Origin: Candidatus Nanopusillus acidilobi
GTDB lineage: Archaea > Nanobdellota > Nanobdellia > Nanobdellales > Nanobdellaceae
Length of the DNA: 32,000 nucleotides
Direction of reading: 5' to 3'
Assembly (NCBI GenBank): GCA_001552015.1
Contig: CP010514.1
Span: 450,001 to 482,000, forward strand
Numbering within the stretch: position 1 is the stretch's first letter; each line of letters opens with the position of its first letter. Shown piece by piece: positions 24,961 through 32,000 of the stretch. The notes below the pieces were generated by a model that was given only the letters and a program-made list of their open reading frames with translations, was not told the origin of the DNA and searched no databases. The translations under genes were made by a program, and so were the position numbers.

Positions 24961-25146
24961 TTATGGTCCAGTATAACCACAAACTGGGCATTTCCATTCC
25001 AAACCCCATTTCTTTTCTTTATTGCTCCTTATTATTATTCCCTGACCACAATTTGGACATGTAAATTTTACTACTGTATCGCTTACTATTAAGTTTTTCA
25101 ATACATTTGTTTTTTCTAATTCAGTTATATCCATAATAAAATTCAT
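24961..25146 (-). CDS. Zn-ribbon RNA-binding protein commonly found next to aEF-1beta in archaea
   Basis: VKFTCPNCGQGIIIRSNKEKKWGLEWKCPVCGYTGP has two CxxC pairs and ends in the conserved CPxCGxxGP. The conserved gene neighbourhood with ef1b supports the call. Confidence 0.75.
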   Translation of the reverse strand: MNFIMDITELEKTNVLKNLIVSDTVVKFTCPNCGQGIIIRSNKEKKWGLEWKCPVCGYTGP

Positions 25147-25159
25147 AAGTAAATCATTT

Positions 25160-26116
25160 TTAAATTTTTTCTAATATAATTAAAAGTAACCTTTTATTAT
25201 AATTATATAAATAGAATGAATTAACATATCTTAGAGAATACTTTTTAATATAATTTATTATATTATCTAGGATTTTTTTATAATCATAACTATATAATAA
25301 AAGATATAATTTTCCATTATCTTTTAATAATTTGTTTGAATGATAGAAAATATATTTATCTTTTATATTTAATTCTGGATTTTTCTTTATTCTAAAGGTA
25401 AATATTTTATCAATTGATTCTTCTTTAAATTTTAAATCAATCCATTCTATATCTAATCTTCTAAAAAATATTATATCATTTACCAAAGCATTTTCAGAAT
25501 TTCTTTCTATTAATAATAATTTATTTTTATCTTTATTAACACAATATATCTTAATATTAACTTTTTTCTTTATATTTATGTATTTTTCAAAATAATCCAT
25601 ATATTTAGAAATTTCCTTTCTCCTCCAAAATATTGGTAATATATTCTTTATATATATAGCTTGTTCTATAGAAAAAGAACCATCATCCATTATATTCAAT
25701 ATTTCTTCATTTTCCCTTATATCTGAATAATATATAATTTTATTTACCAATGTTGATTTTAATTTTTCAATTTTTTTCAATTGATAACCCCTTTCATATA
25801 GATTTTTTAATAAAAAGTATTTATATTCATCTTTTTCCATATATAATATATTATCTATTGTTCTAGAATTAAATAATAATTTTAATCTTTCTTCAAAATC
25901 CAAATTTGAATAGATTAAAATTTTATTTTTCTTTTCAATCATATTATAATCAATATTTCTATTTAATATTTTTTCTATTTCTTCAATTGTAATATTTTCC
26001 AAACCTTTTTCAGTTATAAGCAAAGTATTATAATTATTATCCATAGAATATAATATAAATGGAAAATTACATAATTCCATCATTAAGTCAAATATTGGCA
26101 TTCCTAATATTATCAT
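25160..26116 (-). CDS. hypothetical protein; possibly a divergent THUMP-type RNA methyltransferase
   Basis: NTLLITEKGLENITIEEIEKIL resembles THUMP N-termini (LLATcxxGLEdllaxEl). MDDGSFSIEQAI weakly matches SAM motif I (LDPxCGSGTIxIEA). IKKNPEL sits where NPPY would be. An internal start at 26044 (MDNNYN..) is possible. Confidence 0.4.
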   Translation of the reverse strand: MIILGMPIFDLMMELCNFPFILYSMDNNYNTLLITEKGLENITIEEIEKILNRNIDYNMIEKKNKILIYSNLDFEERLKLLFNSRTIDNILYMEKDEYKYFLLKNLYERGYQLKKIEKLKSTLVNKIIYYSDIRENEEILNIMDDGSFSIEQAIYIKNILPIFWRRKEISKYMDYFEKYINIKKKVNIKIYCVNKDKNKLLLIERNSENALVNDIIFFRRLDIEWIDLKFKEESIDKIFTFRIKKNPELNIKDKYIFYHSNKLLKDNGKLYLLLYSYDYKKILDNIINYIKKYSLRYVNSFYLYNYNKRLLLIILEKI

Positions 26117-26418
26117 TTGCTTTAATAATATCTACATATACAAGAAGATATATAGAAGACGATATTGAGAAATATTATAAAAAAATACAGATTATTTCAT
26201 TGATATTGTTAATTTCTCTTATTTATTTCAATTATTATATAATAATATTTGTTTTTATTTATCTATTAATTTATAGAAAAAATTATAGGAGTTTTATTAT
26301 TGCACTACAGACTTCTATAATAATATTTTTATCATTATTAAATATTATAAATAGTTATTATGAGTTTTCAATACTTTTACTCTTCATAATATTTTCTTCA
26401 TTTTCATATAAAAAATAA
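26059..26418 (+). CDS. small hydrophobic membrane protein, 119 aa (uncertain)
   Basis: It has three to four Ile/Leu/Phe-rich helices and fills an otherwise 335-nt gap upstream of the nitroreductase gene on the same strand. It overlaps the annotated 5' end of 25160..26116 by 58 nt. Its composition could also arise by chance in AT-rich DNA. Confidence 0.3.
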   Translation: MENYIIPSLSQILAFLILSFALIISTYTRRYIEDDIEKYYKKIQIISLILLISLIYFNYYIIIFVFIYLLIYRKNYRSFIIALQTSIIIFLSLLNIINSYYEFSILLLFIIFSSFSYKK

Positions 26419-26451
26419 AATCTTTTATAAAACAAAAAATAAAAAAATATT

Positions 26452-27057
26452 ATGGAATTAAAAGATTCTATAAGAAATAGAAGAAGTATTAGAAAATATT
26501 TAGATGATGACATTTCATATGAAGATATATTAGAAATATTATCTCTAGGAATATTAGCACCAATAGCTGGAAATGTATCACATTATTATTTTATTATTGT
26601 AAAAGATCCTGAAAAAATAGAAAAAATTTCCGAATTTGCAGGTCAAGATTTTATAAAAGATGCGAATACATTAATAGTTATTGTATCTGATGATAATAAA
26701 TTGAAAGCATTATATGGAGAAAAGGGAAAAATATTTGCAATACAGGATACTGCTGCAATAACAGAAAATATATTATTAGCTGCTACTGATAAAAATATCG
26801 GAACCTGCTGGATAGGATCTTTTGATGAAGAAAGTATAAAAAATCTATTAGAAATACCAAAAGATAAAAATATACATATTATAATTTCAATGGGATATCC
26901 AAATGAAAAACCAAAAGAGTCTATTAGACCAAATTTATATGATATAACATTCTTTGAAAAGTGGGGAAACAAATTATATAAGCCTCAGTTTTATCCTTTG
27001 TTCAAAAATATAAAAAGTATAACAGATTACTTTAAGAAGGTATTTGAAAAAATATAA
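26452..27057 (+). CDS. nitroreductase family protein
   Basis: IRNRRSIRKYLDDDISYEDILEILSLGILAPIAGNVSHYYFIIV is the family N-terminal signature. QDTAAITENILLAATDKNIGTCWIG is also present. Confidence 0.85.
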   Translation: MELKDSIRNRRSIRKYLDDDISYEDILEILSLGILAPIAGNVSHYYFIIVKDPEKIEKISEFAGQDFIKDANTLIVIVSDDNKLKALYGEKGKIFAIQDTAAITENILLAATDKNIGTCWIGSFDEESIKNLLEIPKDKNIHIIISMGYPNEKPKESIRPNLYDITFFEKWGNKLYKPQFYPLFKNIKSITDYFKKVFEKI

Positions 27058-27058
27058 T

Positions 27059-27895
27059 CTATATTATTAATTTCTTTTCAACTAAAGTTTGTTGTGCTGG
27101 TTTTAATTTTGGTAATAATACTTCAATCATTTCATCTATGAATTTTGCTAAGGCTGGTGCATACAACCAAACAGCAACATCCATTGAGGATGGAACCTCT
27201 TTTTCATCAAATAACATCATTAATATTTCTTCAGAATCAACTGTAACAATTCTTCCTCTATAATCTCCAGCATCATATATTTCAACTACATTCATCAGCT
27301 CTTGAACATATTTTGCATTTCCCTCATCTATTGGTGTTATAATCCTAACTGGTATTTGTCTTTCTCTTAATTCATAAAATATTGGTTTTAATGCAATTGC
27401 ATCTCTAACAAATGTTAATTGAGTTGTAACAATATTTACGTTCTTTTGAGCTTCTTTTAACATTGATTCTAAATGACTTATTATATTTTGTTGCCCTCTT
27501 ATTGCTCCAGATTTTTCAGAAACATCTATTGATCCAACACCAGATTTATGCAATGCATCTAATTCTTTTATTAAATCAGAAGTTTTTACTTTTTCCAATT
27601 CATTAATTCTTCTTGACATAGATTCTTCATATCTTCTTTTTACCCTTTCAACAACCTCATTAGGTGGAACGGCAAGATATTTTATCGGTTTACCAAGTTT
27701 CATGATTACAAATCCTTTCTTCTCTAATGATTCCAAAACATCATATGCCCTTGATCTTGGTATATCTGCAATATCTGCTAATTCTCCAGCTGTTGCAATA
27801 CCCTTCATTAATAAGGCCAACCATATCCTGGCTTCATAAGTATTCAAATTAAAAGATGACTTTATCTTTTCTACTAACTCTTCACTTATAACCAT
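27059..27895 (-). CDS. TrmB family transcriptional regulator
   Basis: NLNTYEARIWLALLMKGIATAGELADIADIPRSRAYDVLESLEKKGFV is the TrmB winged-helix domain. A coiled linker and a C-terminal effector-type domain follow. Confidence 0.85.
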   Translation of the reverse strand: MVISEELVEKIKSSFNLNTYEARIWLALLMKGIATAGELADIADIPRSRAYDVLESLEKKGFVIMKLGKPIKYLAVPPNEVVERVKRRYEESMSRRINELEKVKTSDLIKELDALHKSGVGSIDVSEKSGAIRGQQNIISHLESMLKEAQKNVNIVTTQLTFVRDAIALKPIFYELRERQIPVRIITPIDEGNAKYVQELMNVVEIYDAGDYRGRIVTVDSEEILMMLFDEKEVPSSMDVAVWLYAPALAKFIDEMIEVLLPKLKPAQQTLVEKKLII

Positions 27896-27930
27896 AATTT
27901 ATCTATATAATAAAAAGCTTAAAAATAGAA

Positions 27931-29625
27931 TTACTTTTTTTGGCTTTTGTATATTTCTATCAACCTATCAATAGTGTCAGCGTCCTCAACGGATTTATCA
28001 GGTCTTAGTCTAATAAACCTAGGAAACCTTAGTGCATAACCTGAAGAATATTTAGGACTTTTTTCTATTTCATCATACAACACTTCTATTACAATTTTTG
28101 GTTTAATTTTTACGTATTTTCCATTCTGTTCCTCTATATAATCCTTTAACATTTCTGTCATTTCTTCAAATGTTATATCATCTGGACTTTCTTTTTTCTC
28201 TTTAAATCCACTTCCAACTTCCCCTACTTCCAATAATTTCCCTGTTTTTTCATCTCTAACAGCAACTATAAAAGATGTTAGCCATCCACTTCTCTTTCCC
28301 TCTCCCCACTCAGCACCAACTATTACAACATCTAAAGATTCTTTTACAGGTTTTAATTTAACCATATAACCGACCCTTCTTCCAGGATGATATGGTGCAT
28401 CTAATTTTTTAAACATAACACCCTCTAAACCATTACTAATTGCCTCTTCAAAGAATTTTTGTGCTTCATCATCTGAAGATGTTATTATGCTTTCTGATAA
28501 TGATATTTTATTCATATCTTGCTTTACTATTGATTCTAATATTTTTCTTCTCTCCCTAAATGGAGTATTTATTAAAGATTTTCCATCATAATAAATTATA
28601 TCAAAGATTCTAACAACAACAGGTATTTCTTTAACCATTTTTTCTATATCATATTTTCTTTTTATTCTTCTTGAAATTCTCTGAAATGGTAAGTATTTTT
28701 TGTTTTCTCTATCATATCCAACAATTTCTCCCTCCACTAAAAAATCCTTATCATTTGGAAAACACTCTTTAATATATTCTATTACATCTGGAAATTGTTT
28801 TGTTACATTTTCCAATCTTCTAGTCCATAAAGATATTTGATCTCCTTTCTTATGTATTTGAACCCTAAATCCATCATACTTATATTCAACTTGCGCAGGT
28901 CTTCCAACAACATCTAAAGCTTCTTTAGCACTCTCTGCCTTTATTGCTAACATTACCCTAATTGGATTTCCTAGTATTGGTTCTAATTTAAATACAATAT
29001 CTTTTCCCTTTTCTAAAATTTGTCTTACCAATTCACCAAAATCATTCAAAATTGAATACGCCATTTCTACATTTTCTGATGGTAAACCAAAGGCCATAGC
29101 TATAGAATCTATTATAATTCCTTCTCCAACACCTATTTTCAAATCTTCTAATGTTAATCTTGCAATATATTTTGCTTCTATTGGTGATGATGAAATAAAT
29201 AAATTAGCCAGATATTTAATCTTTTTATCTTGTGTTCCTTCCCCTTCTAATTCTCCTATAGTTCTAAAGGTATTATATACGTCCTTTACAGTTAATTTCT
29301 TTGTAAATATTGATTTTTGTTTTCTTTCTGTTACTAATTTCTCTGCAACTACACCAAGATCTCCTGTTTTTACAAATAAACTTTCAATATAATCTTTATC
29401 ATAACCTGTAGCCAAAGATAAAGCTCTAATAGTAAATTTTTCAGCTATTCCTATATCTTTATCTTCCCATGGATAAAAAATCATCCCCTGTAATAACATA
29501 AATGTCTCTTTTAAAGAATCTTTATCTATTTCTTTAATAAATCTTGCCAATATTTCTGTTTTTTGGTTTTTTTCAGAAACAGATTCCAATTTCCTAAACA
29601 CCTCAGCAAGCTTCGCAAACTCCAT
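27931..29625 (-). CDS. lig: ATP-dependent DNA ligase
   Basis: Motif I is EYKYDGFRVQIHK, which carries the adenylated Lys. LVEGEIV, EGVMFK and MVKLK motifs are present. The length (564 aa) fits archaeal Lig1-type enzymes. Confidence 0.95.
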   Translation of the reverse strand: MEFAKLAEVFRKLESVSEKNQKTEILARFIKEIDKDSLKETFMLLQGMIFYPWEDKDIGIAEKFTIRALSLATGYDKDYIESLFVKTGDLGVVAEKLVTERKQKSIFTKKLTVKDVYNTFRTIGELEGEGTQDKKIKYLANLFISSSPIEAKYIARLTLEDLKIGVGEGIIIDSIAMAFGLPSENVEMAYSILNDFGELVRQILEKGKDIVFKLEPILGNPIRVMLAIKAESAKEALDVVGRPAQVEYKYDGFRVQIHKKGDQISLWTRRLENVTKQFPDVIEYIKECFPNDKDFLVEGEIVGYDRENKKYLPFQRISRRIKRKYDIEKMVKEIPVVVRIFDIIYYDGKSLINTPFRERRKILESIVKQDMNKISLSESIITSSDDEAQKFFEEAISNGLEGVMFKKLDAPYHPGRRVGYMVKLKPVKESLDVVIVGAEWGEGKRSGWLTSFIVAVRDEKTGKLLEVGEVGSGFKEKKESPDDITFEEMTEMLKDYIEEQNGKYVKIKPKIVIEVLYDEIEKSPKYSSGYALRFPRFIRLRPDKSVEDADTIDRLIEIYKSQKK

Positions 29626-29655
29626 AAAAAATATATAAAATTAAATTAAAAAAAT

Positions 29656-30741
29656 CTATTGTAGTACATCAATACCTAGATTTACATCTTTTCTTACTTT
29701 TGTTAATTCTCCAGATTCCCATTCTTCCTTCCATTTTCCTAATATATATGGACTCTTGACTCCAGATATAATTACTGTAACCTTAATCTTTCCCTTCATA
29801 TCTTCAGATTGCCTTGCACCCATTATTGTTAATGCATCTTCTCCAAGATGTTGTTTTATATATTCCATTGCTTCATTTATTTCATTTAATGTCATATCTG
29901 GTCCTCCTTCAACATGTACCAAAGCACCAGCTGCACCATTATAATCAACATCCAATAATGGTAATTCTAATGCTCTTTTTGCTGCGGTTACTGATCTCTT
30001 TTCATCATCTGCAATTCCAATACCTACTATTGAAGCTCCTCCGACACCTAATACAGTTTTTACATCTGCGAAATCTAAGTTAATATATGAAGCTTTATCA
30101 AATGTTTCTACCAAACCTTTTATCATTTGTCCTATTAAGTTATTTGCATATCCAAATGCTTGTGTAAATGGTAAATTACCAGCATATTGTAATATTTTGT
30201 TGTTATCAATTAATATAACATTGTCTGCATATTTTCTTAATTGAGCTAAACCTTCTTCTGCTTTTTCTCTTCTTACTACACCTTCATTATAGAAAGGCAA
30301 TGTTGCAACTGCTACTACAAGTGGTACTCCAACTTCTTTTGCTATTTGTGCAATAACTGGTGCTCCTCCTGTACCAGTTCCTCCGCCTAGACCTAATAAT
30401 ATCCAAACCATATCTGCACCTTCTAATAATTTCCTTATATCTGATTGTGAAGATCTTGCAGCATCCATTCCTTTTGATGGTAATCCTCCAGCACCCAATC
30501 CTCTTGTAACTTCCTTACCCAATAGAATCTTTTTATGAGCTTTAACTATCTTTAAATGAGCATAATCTGTATTTGCTGCAATTACTTCTGCACCTTTTAT
30601 ATTCATCCTATATAACCAATCTGCCATGTTACTTCCAGCCCCACCAACACCTATTATTTTTATTGTTGGCAACAATTTAAACTCCTCCCCTGGCGATACT
30701 CCTATTATTTCATCTTCTATTTTATTATTAATCTCTGCCAT
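29656..30741 (-). CDS. ftsZ: cell division GTPase FtsZ
   Basis: IKIIGVGGAGSNM, GLGAGGLPSKG, GGGTGTGGAPVIAQIAKE and NLDFADVKTVL are the tubulin/FtsZ signatures. Confidence 0.95.
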   Translation of the reverse strand: MAEINNKIEDEIIGVSPGEEFKLLPTIKIIGVGGAGSNMADWLYRMNIKGAEVIAANTDYAHLKIVKAHKKILLGKEVTRGLGAGGLPSKGMDAARSSQSDIRKLLEGADMVWILLGLGGGTGTGGAPVIAQIAKEVGVPLVVAVATLPFYNEGVVRREKAEEGLAQLRKYADNVILIDNNKILQYAGNLPFTQAFGYANNLIGQMIKGLVETFDKASYINLDFADVKTVLGVGGASIVGIGIADDEKRSVTAAKRALELPLLDVDYNGAAGALVHVEGGPDMTLNEINEAMEYIKQHLGEDALTIMGARQSEDMKGKIKVTVIISGVKSPYILGKWKEEWESGELTKVRKDVNLGIDVLQ

Positions 30742-31025
30742 TTATAGTTATGGCATTTCATATATTAAAAATATTTCTATAAAAAAATAATGTTTTTTGA
30801 AGATCTTAGTAAATTTCCATAAATTTAAGATAGCTTTTAACATAAAAAAATAAATTATTAAAATATATAAATATCTAACAAATTTTTCTGAATAGATAAA
30901 AAATCATGTTAAGATAATCATTAATAGATAAGTTTTTAAATATTATATAGACCATTGCTATTAAATAATTTATAAGATAAACAAAAAATGTAAAATTTAT
31001 AAAAATTACTATAACTATTATTATT

Positions 31026-31319
31026 ATGAAGTCAGAATCTACCCTACCAATGTTTATATTACCAGCATTAATTATAGCAGCATCAATAGTAGCCACCACT
31101 CAATATTTATCAACAGATATTATTCACATGAACTCAAATATTATAGCATATGCTGATTGTGCACAAAATATGATGAATTATGCATTTCTTGGACAGGTTT
31201 ATAATTTCTCTCAATGTTATTTAAATAGTATAAATCAAACATATGTAAATTGCTATTATAATTCAACAGATATTATATGCAATATAAATGGAACCAATTA
31301 TATTTACTCATTAGGGTAA
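31026..31319 (+). CDS. small hypothetical secreted or membrane protein, 97 aa
   Basis: The N-terminal hydrophobic segment is MFILPALIIAASIVATT. The mature part has 4 Cys and 4 N-x-S/T sequons (NFS, NQT, NST, NGT). It is on the same strand as, and upstream of, gatD. It competes with antisense ORF 30875..31099. Confidence 0.35.
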   Translation: MKSESTLPMFILPALIIAASIVATTQYLSTDIIHMNSNIIAYADCAQNMMNYAFLGQVYNFSQCYLNSINQTYVNCYYNSTDIICNINGTNYIYSLG

Positions 31320-31377
31320 TTTTGTTAAATATTATTTTTTATAAAAAGTTAAAATATTTTTTTATATAAAATCTTTT

Positions 31378-32000
31378 ATGAAATACGCAAAGATAAAAAC
31401 AAAAGATAACAAGGTATTTGAAGGATATTTAGTAAACGAAACATCGGAATTTATTATAATAAAATTAAAGAATGGCTATAATATTGGGATAAGAAATGAT
31501 GATATTTTGGAATTAAATAAAGAGGAAATAGAATCAAAATATGAAAATAGAGAATATAAAAAGCTAGAAAGTAGAAATAATAAAATATCAATATTAGCCA
31601 CTGGTGGTACAATATTATCAAAAATAGATTATAGAACTGGAGGAGTACATATGTTAACTAAACCAGAAGAATTAATTGATCTTGCACCAGATCTATTAGA
31701 TTATGTTGAAATTAAAAATATAGAAATACCATTTTCAATTGCTTCAGAAGATATGTTACCAGATAATTGGATAGAAATTGGAAAAATATTAGTAAGATTA
31801 CTAAATGATGACGTAAATGGAGTAACAATATTACATGGAACTGATACAATGCACTATACATCTTCAGCATTATCTTTTATTGTAAAAAATTTAAACAAAC
31901 CAGTTTCAATTACAGGATCTCAGAGATCTTCAGATAGACCGTCTTCAGATGCATTTTTTAATTTATTATCCTCTGCAGTATATGATAATTCTGATATAGC
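31378..32000 (+). CDS. gatD: Glu-tRNA(Gln) amidotransferase subunit D (GatD), N-terminal part; continues past the window end
   Basis: My hand translation from the ATG at 31378 gives MKYAKIKTKDNKVFEGYLVNETSEFIIIKLKNGYNIGI.., the GatD N-domain. Next comes the asparaginase-type core ISILATGGTILSKIDYRTGG...ILHGTDTMHYTSSALSF...ITGSQRSSDRPSSDA. The frame is open to the window edge, so it is absent from the ORF track. Confidence 0.9.
   Translation, partial: MKYAKIKTKDNKVFEGYLVNETSEFIIIKLKNGYNIGIRNDDILELNKEEIESKYENREYKKLESRNNKISILATGGTILSKIDYRTGGVHMLTKPEELIDLAPDLLDYVEIKNIEIPFSIASEDMLPDNWIEIGKILVRLLNDDVNGVTILHGTDTMHYTSSALSFIVKNLNKPVSITGSQRSSDRPSSDAFFNLLSSAVYDNSDI

Noticed and set aside
24960-24980. 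A longer aEF-1beta start at 24980, as in the ORF track.
   Set aside because: It would add MVILDHK and overlap the Zn-ribbon gene by 20 nt. The ATG at 24959 gives the canonical ~90-aa protein, starting one nucleotide after the upstream stop codon.
22161-30083. Plus- or minus-strand shadow ORFs 22161..22355, 23768..23950, 26643..26972, 29756..29944 and 29814..30083.
   Set aside because: Each is antisense to a gene with strong family signatures (L7Ae, reverse gyrase, nitroreductase, FtsZ).
30875-31099. Minus-strand 74-aa hydrophobic ORF upstream of ftsZ.
   Set aside because: It overlaps the plus-strand ORF 31026..31319, and its Ile/Phe/Asn-rich composition is what AT-rich non-coding DNA yields. 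Neither ORF is strongly supported. I kept only the plus-strand one, at low confidence, because of its Cys and sequon pattern.

Overview
This is a very AT-rich, gene-dense archaeal window. Most genes are on the minus strand, with tiny, abutting or overlapping gene junctions. Recognisable content: a stand-alone topoisomerase half of reverse gyrase, GatD, aEF-1beta, L7Ae, Taw1, FtsZ, ATP-dependent DNA ligase, PEP synthase, SufS-like cysteine desulfurase, ADP-forming acetyl-CoA synthetase alpha, an MFS transporter, a TrmB regulator, and three tRNAs that are G+C-rich islands in the AT-rich background. Together with several interrupted genes, this fits a thermophilic, reduced-genome DPANN/Nanoarchaeota-like archaeon. 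That assignment is inference from gene content, not a database match. No CRISPR array, transposase, integrase or rRNA was seen. The region I consider most worth following up is a co-directional surface-protein gene train at 3296-9603. It holds a class-III-signal pilin, a PMT-like GT-C glycosyltransferase, a DUF2341-like protein, two paralogous Thr-rich proteins sharing shuffled identical nucleotide blocks, and a sequon-rich anchored protein. I read it as a candidate O-glycosylated adhesion module. Other notable items: a canonical C/D box sRNA candidate overlapping a stop codon (14939-14998), an L39e-like ORF too short for the ORF track (16058-16183), a Gln/Pro/Gly-rich G+C-rich tail on an orphan protein (20970-21203), a split ACD alpha subunit, and a pyrG broken by two 1-nt frame disruptions. 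All calls come from reading motifs by eye; no searches were run.
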